DNA of 63,915 nt, the filler included, from Reclinomonas americana ATCC 50394 (Eukaryota): assembly GCA_048213135.1 (NCBI GenBank). It is 5 parts of 4 records of this genome, joined end to end, with 100 filler letters (N's around TTAATTAATTAA, not from the genome) between each part and the next. Parts side by side here need not be neighbours in the genome. Positions count along the whole stretch, not along the records: positions 26,358 to 51,556 come from PS015353.1; 4 more parts are not named here. One strand, written 5' to 3'. A program made the translations under genes and the position numbers. Under the pieces are notes generated by a model. That model was not told the DNA's origin and searched no databases. It saw nothing but the letters and a program-made list of their open reading frames with translations. Positions within the stretch are counted from its first letter, which is position 1; the number at the start of each line of letters is the position of its first letter. Below are positions 37,353 to 49,100 of the stretch, in pieces.

Positions 37353-40017
37353 TCACACCCCCGATCCGATCAGCGGCAGTCCAGCGCACGCGCGACACAT
37401 GCAGCACTCCACACAACCGGCGTCGCCATCGCCGCAGCCGCACGCACTGCCTGGCGCGCGTTCTGCCGCTCCTGCATCGCGCGCCACGACGCATGCTTCA
37501 CCGTACCCAGTGCACTGACCACAAAAGAGGCACACGCGACATTGGTCCACCTCGAACGCGTGCGGACCGAATCCGTCGTCGGTGGCGGGACAGCCGACGC
37601 CAACATTGTCTGGTGCACAGCTCGGTGAGCCACTGAAGCAACATACGCGCCAGGACTCACAAATAAACACACCAGCTCCGGCCGGCGCAGGTTCCTCACG
37701 ATCGGCGGCCACGACAGGCGGTGCAGCAGGTGCCTCTGCCGCCGCCACCTCACCTTCGCCTCCTCTCGCATCGTCGTAGTCGATCGGGGAGAGTTGATCT
37801 GGTGCAACAAACCATCCGCAGCTCGGCCGGCACGCCGCACACCCATGCAATGTGTGCAATCCGGCGCCAGGCTGCACACACACAATAAGCCATGACACGA
37901 TTCAACCACCTCTTTCCCCTGTTTGTTCACCTCATCCATCTCCACGCCAATCTGTCCGGCCAGCGGACTATCGCCCGGCTCACAAATGTGCCTCACGGCT
38001 GGGAGACGAGCGCGCGGCAGTCAGCGAAACCTGTCAGCGTGCGCCGAGAGAGTGTACATACGCACTGCCGGTGAACGACGAAATCGGGTTGCCGATGCAG
38101 TCGAACGCCGACGGTTCCACCACCACTCGCTGACCCACACGGACACGCCCAGCTTCCGGAACGACTTCGTCCGCGCTGTGCACCGACAAAAAGCTGTCAG
38201 AGAAATCGGCAAAATCGCAGCACAAAATATTGTGCGTGTCGACGCAACTATTTTTCGCTGTCGACGGCACGCTGGTGCGCGCAGAGCGAGTGGGTAACAG
38301 ACGCGTGAGAGTAAAAGAGAGGCGTGCACACACCAGCAGCGCTTCCTCTTCCTCGACATGCGGAGCCTCGATCGGCTCGATTCGGGGTGCTGGCTGGTGC
38401 TCAATGCTGAAAAAGCTGCCGATATCCTGCAGCCAGGCACACACGTGAGTTGCGCACCCATGCGACCAGCTGCGGTCACAGACACAACACGCAACTGCAA
38501 CAGCTTCGGCCTCGAGCAACTCCAATCGGGCGTTGCAGCAGTATACAAAAGGCAGAGTGATTTCGTCCAGGGGGTTGCACGCAAACGGGTAACTCTCCTC
38601 TTCGCCGACGCTGATATAATTGTGCAACACCTGCCGCGCACGATAAGATCGCCTCCATGAAGTGGATCTGCGGGTGGCAAGAACGCACCTTGACGTGCAG
38701 GCCGTCGTCGAGAACCAAACACGCGAGTGAGATGATACCGTCTTCACCTACAAATTGACTGCCGACTTCAAAGTCGCTCGACGCCCGCTTCAGCCGATCT
38801 GGTGTTGACACAATCGTTCAGAAAGAGGAGCGAGAAAAATACACACTGATACCTCAGTGTCATCGCACCTCGGTAGAATGACAGCGACCGAAAGTCGGGC
38901 TCTGCGCGGCGAGCAGGCCGTTGCCTGAACTGTGCACTGCAGCACACTCCAATGCCAGCGTTCCATTCGGCAGCCAGCGGAACCACCTGAGATGAGACAA
39001 GCTACGCGGTAAGCTCCCGTGCCGACACAGACTCAAGAGACGCGAGACTTGACCGTAAAGTCCACGCGATATACGAGCGACGAGTCCGCAAGCGGCACCG
39101 ACACGAGGGAGAACTGTGTCATCGTTAGCGCCGTCAGCATGACAAACAAGAAGCGAATCAACCACCCCGACCACCACCCAGCTCACCGACCCGAGCGGAT
39201 CGCTGCTCTCAAACGAACGCACTCCCGACGACTCCATGACCACATCTGCAATGCCAAACGGTAGTGGGACTGCGTCTTCTTCCGCCAGCGGTGGCAGTGG
39301 TGGCGGCGGTGGGGGAGGGGGAGGGGGAGGAGGAGGAGAAGCAGGAGGTCTCGCCGGCTGCTCATCGACTGCAGCAGGCGGGGGCGCGACAGGCGGAGCA
39401 GCGGGTGGTGGGTGTGCCGCAGCCGCAGCCACAGCCACAGCTCGTGCAACTTCTGCGATCAACTCTTCCATGGCAAAGTTGACGACAACCTGCGCACATG
39501 CACGCACGTGTGAGGCCATGGGAGGAGACAAGAGCGAGGGCAAGAGCAGGGAGGTGAAATGCAGATATTTTCGCACTCTGCCTTGCTCTCTCTCTCTCTC
39601 GCTCATGCATTCCACGCAAGCTTGTCATGCTCGGGTACCATGCTATGCACTAGTAATCACACGGTGGCAAGCGCACACACGCGCGCACACACAGACACAG
39701 GGAGAGAGAACGAGAGAGAGGAAGGAAGAGGGAGAACGTGTGTGTGTGAGTGTGAGTGTGTGAGAGAGTCTCTTTCCGCACCGTGTCGCCCATGGGCGCG
39801 CGGCACACCGGGCACAGTTGCTGAGCCACCGCTCTGTGGCGCAGCAAGTCCACGCACATGGAGCATCTGCGGTGAAGCGAGGGTGAAAACTTCGTGTCTC
39901 GAGAAGTGGTCGTGTGTGCTTCAACGCGTCCGCGAGACGAAACAGTGAGTGTCCACATCCAAGAGCCATTGGTCTCCTCTGTGCGTCGTACGACTCTCTG
40001 CACACGGCGCACTCCAT
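37353..40017 (-). CDS. RING-finger protein with Pro-rich linker and C-terminal MYCBP2/Highwire-like Cys-rich motif
   Basis: MECAVCRESYDAQRRPMALGCGHSL-CSMCVDLL...CPVCR (RING-HC). C-terminus HAFEVDQCRVCLFCGQCTGYGEAC...RAPGSACGCGDGDAGCVECCMCRACA. Middle exons are approximate. Confidence 0.75.
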
Positions 40018-40138
40018 TTCGTTGCCAACAGAAGTGTGATGTGATGTGCAAAATTGGGAGGACGTGGATGATGCGGACACACTGCGCGCCTGGCGGCGGA
40101 CGTACACAGCAAAGGTATATGTGTTTTACAAGGTGCCA

Positions 40139-43100
40139 TTATGCCTCCATGAGCTGCCGAAGTCGCTCCATCTGCTCGCGCACGGCCAGCAACTCTTTCT
40201 CGACGCGCCGCTGAACTTCGGTCTCCAGTTGCTCAGCGATGCGTCGTCGTTCCTCCGCCAGCTGCTCCGCAACCGCCGCAGCAGCTCGTCTCCTTTCCTC
40301 CGCAAGCCGGTCTTCAACCTCCGCAGCAGCTCGTCGTCTTTCCTCCGCAAGCCGCTCTTCAGCTTGGTTTCTTTCCTCAGCCAGCCGCTCTTCGACCTCC
40401 GCAGCAGCCCGTCTCCTCTCCTCCACCAGCCGCTCTTCAACTTCCGCAGCAGCCTGCCGCCTCTCCTCCGCCAACCGCTCCTCAAACACCGCTCGATTCC
40501 TCTCAATGAGCGCCTGCTGTTCGCGGACGGCCTCCACGAGCAGCGCCACCACCGGGCCGTACTCGACCTTCTTGAACCTTTCACCGCGCACAGCTTGTAG
40601 CTCCGATACCAGTTCTGGGAAGTGCTCCTCGAGCTCCTGTGCGATAAAGCCAACAGATGGCGATCCAACAGGCTTGCCAAAGAGACGAGACACCTGCCCG
40701 CAGACCACAAAAAGTGAGTGCTCGAATCATCTCGAGCGTGGCACTTCCACGAACACCGCACCTCATTCCACTCGTATCGGTGGCCACTGAGACGCAGAGT
40801 CAGGCCCAATGCATTCTCAATCGGACGAATGTTGGCCTTCAATCGTACGTCAGACATGGAGTTGTCGAGCGCCACCGTGTGCACATTCGAATCTCCGGTC
40901 TTGAACACCAACTGCGTACACGCGACAACGACAAAAGAGTTAGTTCACGGACAAGTAGACACAGAAAATTGTTAAAGTGTAATGCGACGAGCACGCAACA
41001 TGGCCACTGTCGAAGAATAGCGCGGCATCATTCGTGGCCGGATCGTCGACATCTGCTGCCGCCGTGGCCTTCAGATAGAGCGCGGTGGTCGACATGCCTC
41101 CATTGGCGAGAACTGTCTCGCCTTCGATGCTGCCCATTGTTGTGAAGCTGCCGGCGCTCACCAGGCCGAACGAGCTCACGGTACCAGATTTGACTGATCC
41201 AATCGTTGTCACGCTACCGCCAGTGATTAGGCCGCTAGCAATCACCGTCGAACCGGTGCTAATGGTGCCTGCTTGCATGCTGCCGGCGGTCGTCACACTG
41301 CCGCCAGTGATCAGTCCGCCGGCAATCACAGTCGAGCCAGTGCTGATGGTGCCGGCTTGCATGCTTCCCGTGGTGGTGAAACTTCCAGCGCTCACCAACC
41401 CGAATGAGCTCACAGTACCCGACTGCATGCTCCCTGCCGTCGTCACGCTGCCGCCAGTGATCAAACCACCGGCAATCACAGTCGAGCCGGTGCTGATCGC
41501 GCCAGCTTGCATGCTGCCCGTGGTGGTGAAACTTCCAGCGCTCACCAAGCCGAATGAGCTCACAGTGCCAGACTGCATGCTGCCTGCCGTCGTCACGCTG
41601 CCGCCGGTGATCAAGCCGCCAGCCGTCACAGTCGAGCCAGTGCTGATGGTGCCGGCTTGCATGCTTCCCGTGGTGGTGAAGCTTCCAGCGCTCACCAACC
41701 CGAATGAACTCACAGTGCCGGACTGCAGATAACCAGCCGTCGTCACGCTGCCGCCGGTGATCAAGCCGCCGGCCGTCACAGTCGAGCCAGTGCTGATCGT
41801 GCCAGCTTGCATGCTGCCCGTCGTCGTGAGACTGCCTCCGCTGACCAAGCCGAACGAGCTCACAGTGCCGGACTGCAGGTAACCAGCCGTCGTCACACTG
41901 CCGCCAGTGATCAAGCCACCGGCTGTCACAGTCGAGCCGGTGCTGATCGTCCCTGCTTCCATGCTTCCCGTGGTGGTGAAGCTACCAGCACTGACCAGAC
42001 CAAACGAGCTTACAGTGCCAGACTGCATGCTGCCAGCCGTCGTCACGCTGCCTCCAGTGATCAAGCCGCCGGCAATAACCGTCGAACCGGTGCTGATCGT
42101 GCCAGCCTGCATGCTTCCCGTGGTGGTGAAACTTCCGGCACTGACCAGACCGAATGAGCTCACAGTGGCAGACTGCAGATAACCAGCAGTCGTCACACTG
42201 CCGCCAGTGATCAAGCCGCCGGCAACAACCGTCGAGCCGGTGCTGATCGTACCGGCTTGCATGCTGCCAGTCGTCGTCACACTGCCGCCGCTGATCAGTC
42301 CGAACGAGCTCACAGTACCCGACTGGAGATAACCCGCCGTCGTCACGCTGCCACCAGTAATCAAGCCACCAGCCGTCACAGTCGAGCCGGTGCTGATCGT
42401 GCCTGCTTGCATGCTTCCCGCGGTGGTGAAGCTTCCAGCGCTGACCAAACCGAACGAACTCACAGTACCAGACTGGAGGTAACCAGCCGTCGTCACGCTG
42501 CCGCCGGTGATCAAGCCGCCGGCAACAACCGTCGACCCAGTGCTGATGGTGCCTGCTTGCATGCTTCCCGTGGTGGAGAAGCTACCGGCACTGACCAGGC
42601 CGAATGAGCTCACAGTGCCCGACTGCATGCTGCCTGCTGTCGTCACACTGCCGCCAGTAATCAAGCCGCCGGCTGTAACAGTCGAGCCAGTGCTGATCGT
42701 GCCAGCTTGCATGCTACCCGTCGTCGTGAGACTGCCTCCGCTCACCAACCCGAACGAGCTCACAGTGCCGGACTGCAGGTAACCAGCCGTCGTCACACTG
42801 CCGCCAGTGATCAGTCCGCCGGCCGTCACAGTCGAGCCGGTGCTGATGGTGCCAGCCTGCATGCTTCCCGTGGTGGTGAAGCTACCTGCGCTGACCAGAC
42901 CAAACGAGCTCACAGTGCCAGACTGCAGATAACCCGCCGTTGTCACACTGCCACCAGTGATCAAGCCACTGGCGATCACAGTCGAGCCAGTGCTGATGGT
43001 CCCGGCTTGCACGCTACCAGTCGTCGTCACACTGCCTCCGCTGACCAGACCGAACGAGCTCACAGTGCCCGACTGCATGCTACCCGCCGTCGTCACACTG

Positions 43101-46100
43101 CCGCCGGTGATCAAGCCACCGGCAATCACCGTCGAGCCGGTGCTAATCGTGCCAGCTTGCATGCTTCCCGTGGTGGTGAAGCTACCGGCGCTCACCAACC
43201 CGAATGAGCTCACAGTGCCCGACTGCATACTGCCTGCCGTCGTCACGCTGCCGCCAGTGATCAAGCCGCCAGCAACAACCGTCGAGCCGGTGCTGATCGT
43301 GCCCGCTTCCATACTGCCAATCGTCGTCACACTGCCGCCGCTAATCAGTCCGAACGAGCTCACAGTGCCCGACTGGAGATAACCTGCCGTCGTCACGCTG
43401 CCACCAGTAATCAAGCCACCAGCTGTAACAGTCGACCCAGTGCTGATGGTGCCGGCTTGCAAGCTTCCCATGGTGGTGAAGCTTCCGGCACTGACCAGAC
43501 CAAACGAGCTCACAGTGCCCGACTGCATACTGCCCGCCGTTGTCACACTGCCACCAGTGATCAAGCCGCCGGCAACAACCGTCGAGCCAGTGCTGATGGT
43601 GCCAGCCTGCATGCTGCCCGTGGTGGTGAAGCTTCCAGCGCTGACCAGACCGAATGAGCTCACAGTGCCCGACTGCATGCTACCCGCCGTCGTCACGCTG
43701 CCACCAGTGATCAAACCGCCGGCCGTCACAGTCGAGCCAGTGCTGATCGTGCCGGCTTGCACGCTGCCAGTCGTCGTCACACTGCCTCCGCTGACCAGAC
43801 CGAACGAGCTCACAGTGCCCGACTGCAGATAACCAGCTGTCGTCACGCTGCCACCAGTGATCAAGCCGCTGGCGATCACAGTCGATCCAGTGCTGATGGT
43901 GCCTGCTTGCATGCTGCCCGTGGTGGTGAAGCTACCGGCACTGACAAGACCGAATGAGCTCACAGTGCCAGATTGCATGCTGCCCGCCGTTGTCACACTG
44001 CCACCAGTGATCAAACCGCCGGCAATAACCGTCGAACCGGTGCTGATCGTGCCGGCTTCCATACTGCCGATCGTCGTCACACTGCCTCCGCTCACCAAGC
44101 CGAACGAGCTCACAGTACCCGACTGCATGCTGCCAGTCGTCGTCACACTGCCGCCGCTGATCAGTCCGAACGAGCTCACAGTGCCAGATTGTAGATAACC
44201 AGCAGTCGTCACACTACCACCAGTGATCAGTCCGCCGGCCGTCACAGTCGAGCCAGTGCTGATCGTGCCGGCTTGCATGCTGCCAGTCGTCGTCACACTG
44301 CCTCCGCTGACCAAACCGAACGAGCTCACAGTGCCAGACTGCATACTGCCTGCCGTCGTCACGCTGCCACCAGTGATCAAGCCGCTGGCGATCACAGTCG
44401 ACCCAGTGCTGATGGTGCCCGCTTCCATGCTTCCCGTGGTGGTGAAGCTTCCGGCACTCACCAGGCCGAACGAGCTCACAGTGCCGGACTGAAGGTAACC
44501 AGCCGTCGTCACACTGCCACCAGTGATCAGTCCGCCGGCCGTCACAGTCGAGCCAGTGCTGATCGTACCGGCTTGCATGCTGCCAGTCGTCGTCACACTG
44601 CCGCCGCTGATCAGTCCGAACGAGCTCACAGTGCCCGACTGAATGCTGCCAGCCGTCGTCACACTGCCACCAGTGATCAAGCCGCCAGCCGTCACAGTCG
44701 AGCCGGTGCTGATGGTGCCAGCCTGCATGCTTCCCGTGGTGGTGAAGCTACCTGCGCTGACCAGACCAAACGAGCTCACAGTGCCAGACTGAAGGTAACC
44801 AGCCGTCGTCACACTGCCGCCGGTGATCAAGCCACCGGCTGTCACAGTCGAGCCGGTGCTGATCGTGCCGGCTTGCATGCTACCCGTCGTCGTGAGACTG
44901 CCTCCGCTGACCAACCCGAACGAGCTCACAGTGCCAGACTGCAGATAACCAGCCGTCGTCACACTGCCGCCAGTGATCAAGCCGCCGGCAACAACCGTCG
45001 AACCGGTGCTGATCGTGCCCGCTTGCATGCTGCCCGTGGTGGTGAAGCTACCTGCGCTCACCAATCCGAACGAGCTCACAGTGCCGGACTGCAGATAACC
45101 AGCAGTCGTCACACTACCGCCAGTGATCAAGCCACCGGCAACAACCGTCGAGCCGGTGCTGAAGGTGCCAGCCTGCATGCTGCCTGTGGTGGTGAAACTT
45201 CCAGCGCTGACCAAACCGAACGAGCTCACAGTGCCGGACTGCAGATAACCAGCCGTCGTCACGCTGCCGCCGGTGATCAAGCCGCCAGCCGTCACAGTCG
45301 AGCCAGTGCTGATCGTGCCGGCTTGCATGCTTCCCGTGGTGGTGAAGCTTCCAGCGCTCACCAACCCGAATGAGCTAACAGTGCCAGACTGCATACTGCC
45401 TGCCGTCGTCACACTGCCGCCGGTGATCAAGCCACCGGCAACAACCGTCGAGCCGGTGCTGATGGTGCCCGCTTGCATGCTGCCCGTCGTCGTCAAACTG
45501 CCGCCACTCACCAGACCGAACGAGCTCACAGTACCCGACTGCATGCTGCCTGCCGTCGTCACGCTGCCGCCGGTGATCAAGCCACCAGCTGTAACAGTCG
45601 AGCCGGTGCTGATCGTGCCAGCCTGCATGCTACCCGTGGTGGTGAAGCTTCCGGCACTGACCAAACCGAACGAGCTCACAGTACCCGACTGGAGGTAACC
45701 AGCCGTCGTCACGCTGCCGCCAGTGATCAAGCCGCCGGCTGTAACAGTCGAGCCGGTGCTGATCGTGCCGGCTTGCATGCTGCCCGTGGTGGTGAAGCTT
45801 CCAGCGCTGACCAGGCCGAATGAGCTCACAGTGCCAGACTGCATGCTGCCTGCCGTCGTCACACTGCCGCCGGTGATCAGACCGCCGGCTGTAACAGTCG
45901 AGCCGGTGCTGATCGTGCCGGCTTGCACGCTGCCCGTCGTCGTGAAACTGCCTCCGCTCACCAACCCGAATGAGCTCACAGTGCCCGACTGCAGATAACC
46001 AGCTGTCGTCACGCTGCCACCAGTGATCAAGCCGCTGGCGATCACAGTCGATCCAGTGCTGATGGTGCCCGCTTGCATGCTGCCCGTCGTCGTCAAACTG

Positions 46101-49100
46101 CCTCCGCTCACCAAGCCGAACGAGCTCACAGTGCCCGACTGGAGGTAACCCGCCGTCGTCACGCTGCCGCCAGTGATCAAACCGCCGGCCGTCACAGTCG
46201 AGCCAGTGCTGATCGTGCCAGCTTGCATGCTGCCCGTGGTGGTGAAGCTTCCAGCGCTGACCAGGCCGAATGAGCTCACAGTGCCAGACTGCATGCTGCC
46301 TGCCGTCGTCACACTGCCGCCGGTGATCAGACCGCCGGCAATCACCGTCGAACCGGTGCTGATCGTACCGGCTTGCATGCTTNNNNNNNNNNNNNNNNNN
46401 NNNNNNNNNNNNNNNNNNNNNNNNNNNNNNNNNNNNNNNNNNNNNNNNNNNNNNNNNNNNNNNNNNNNNNNNNNNNNNNNNNNNNNNNNNNNNNNNNNNN
46501 NNNNNNNNNNNNNNNNNNNNNNNNNNNNNNNNNNNNNNNNNNNNNNNNNNNNNNNNNNNNNNNNNNNNNNNNNNNNNNNNNNNNNNNNNNNNNNNNNNNN
46601 NNNNNNNNNNNNNNNNNNNNNNNNNNNNNNNNNNNNNNNNNNNNNNNNNNNNNNNNNNNNNNNNNNNNNNNNNNNNNNNNNNNNNNNNNNNNNNNNNNNN
46701 NNNNNNNNNNNNNNNNNNNNNNNNNNNNNNNNNNNNNNNNNNNNNNNNNNNNNNNNNNNNNNNNNNNNNNNNNNNNNNNNNNNNNNNNNNNNNNNNNNNN
46801 NNNNNNNNNNNNNNNNNNNNNNNNNNNNNNNNNNNNNNNNNNNNNNNNNNNNNNNNNNNNNNNNNNNNNNNNNNNNNNNNNNNNNNNNNNNNNNNNNNNN
46901 NNNNNNNNNNNNNNNNNNNNNNNNNNNNNNNNNNNNNNNNNNNNNNNNNNNNNNNNNNNNNNNNNNNNNNNNNNNNNNNNNNNNNNNNNNNNNNNNNNNN
47001 NNNNNNNNNNNNNNNNNNNNNNNNNNNNNNNNNNNNNNNNNNNNNNNNNNNNNNNNNNNNNNNNNNNNNNNNNNNNNNNNNNNNNNNNNNNNNNNNNNNN
47101 NNNNNNNNNNNNNNNNNNNNNNNNNNNNNNNNNNNNNNNNNNNNNNNNNNNNNNNNNNNNNNNNNNNNNNNNNNNNNNNNNNNNNNNNNNNNNNNNNNNN
47201 NNNNNNNNNNNNNNNNNNNNNNNNNNNNNNNNNNNNNNNNNNNNNNNNNNNNNNNNNNNNNNNNNNNNNNNNNNNNNNNNNNNNNNNNNNNNNNNNNNNN
47301 NAACCCGAACGAGCTCACAGTACCCGACTGGAGATAACCAGCCGTCGTCACGCTGCCGCCGGTGATCAAGCCACTAGCTGTAACAGTCGAACCGGTGCTG
47401 ATCGTGCCCGCCTGCATGCTGCCCGTCGTCGTGAGACTGCCGCCGCTGACCAAGCCGAACGAGCTTACAGTACCCGACTGGAGATAACCAGCCGTCGTCA
47501 CACTGCCGCCGGTGATCAAGCCACCGGCTGTCACAGTCGAGCCGGTGCTGATCGTGCCGGCTTGCATGCTACCAGTGGTGGTGAAACTGCCTCCGCTCAC
47601 CAACCCGAACGAGCTCACAGTGCCGGACTGCATGCTGCCTGCCGTCGTCACGCTGCCACCAGTGATCAAGCCACCAGCTGTAACAGTCGAGCCAGTGCTG
47701 ATCGTGCCGGCTTGCATGCTTCCCGTGGTGGTAAAACTTCCAGCGCTCACCAATCCGAACGAGCTCACAGTGCCAGACTGCATGCTGCCTGCCGTCGTCA
47801 CACTGCCGCCAGTGATCAAACCGCCGGCAACAACCGTCGAGCCAGTGCTGATGGTACCAGCCTGCATGCTGCCAGTCGTCGTCACACTGCCTCCGCTCAC
47901 CAACCCGAATGAGCTCACAGTGCCGGACTGCATACTGCCTGCCGTCGTCACACTGCCGCCAGTGATCAAACCGCCGGCAGCAACCGTCGAGCCGGTGCTG
48001 ATCGTGCCCGCTTGCATGCTGCCCGTCGTCGTGAGACTGCCTCCGCTCACCAATCCGAACGAGCTCACAGTGCCAGACTGCAGATAACCCGCCGTCGTGA
48101 CGCTGCCGCCAGTAATCAAANNNNNNNNNNNNNNNNNNNNCCCGTCGTCGTCACGCTGCCGCCGCTGACCAAACCGAACGAGCTCACAGTACCCGACTGC
48201 AGATAACCAGACGTCGTCACACTGCCGCCAGTAATCAAACCGCCGGCCGTCACAGTCGAGCCAGTGCTGATGGTGCCTGCTTGCATGCTGCCCGTCGTCG
48301 TGAGACTGCCGCCACTCACCAGACCGAACGAGCTCACAGTGCCAGACTGCAGATAACCAGCAGTCGTCACACTACCACCAGTGATCAAGCCGCCAGCCGT
48401 CACAGTCGAGCCAGTGCTGATGGTGCCGGCTTGCATGCTTCCCGTGGTGGTGAAGCTTCCAGCGCTGACCAGACCGAATGAGCTCACAGTGCTCGACTGA
48501 AGGTAACCAGCAGTTGTCACACTGCCGCCAGTGATCAAGCCACCGGCAACAACCGTCGAACCGGTGCTGATGGTGCCGGCTTGCATGCTTCCCGTGGTGG
48601 TGAGACTGCCTCCGCTCACCAATCCGAACGAACTCACAGTGCCAGACTGCATGCTGCCTGCCGTCGTCACGCTGCCGCCGGTGATCAAGCCACCAGCTGT
48701 AACAGTCGCACCGGTGCTGATCGTGCCCGCCTGCATGCTTCCCGTGGTGGTGAAGCTTCCAGCGCTGACCAGACCAAACGAGCTCACAGTGCCCGACTGC
48801 ATACTGCCTGCCGTCGTCACGCTGCCGCCAGTAATCAAACCGCCGGCAACAACCGTCGAGCCGGTGCTGATCGTGCCGGCTTGCATGCTGCCAGTCGTCG
48901 TCACACTGCCTCCGCTGACCAAGCCGAACGAGCTCACAGTACCCGACTGGAGATAACCAGCAGTCGTCACACTGCCGCCAGTGATCAGGCCGCCGGCCGT
49001 CACAGTCGACCCAGTGCTGATCGTGCCTGCTTGCATGCTGCCCGTGGTGGTGAAGCTACCTGCGCTGACCAGACCAAACGAGCTCACAGTGCCAGACTGC

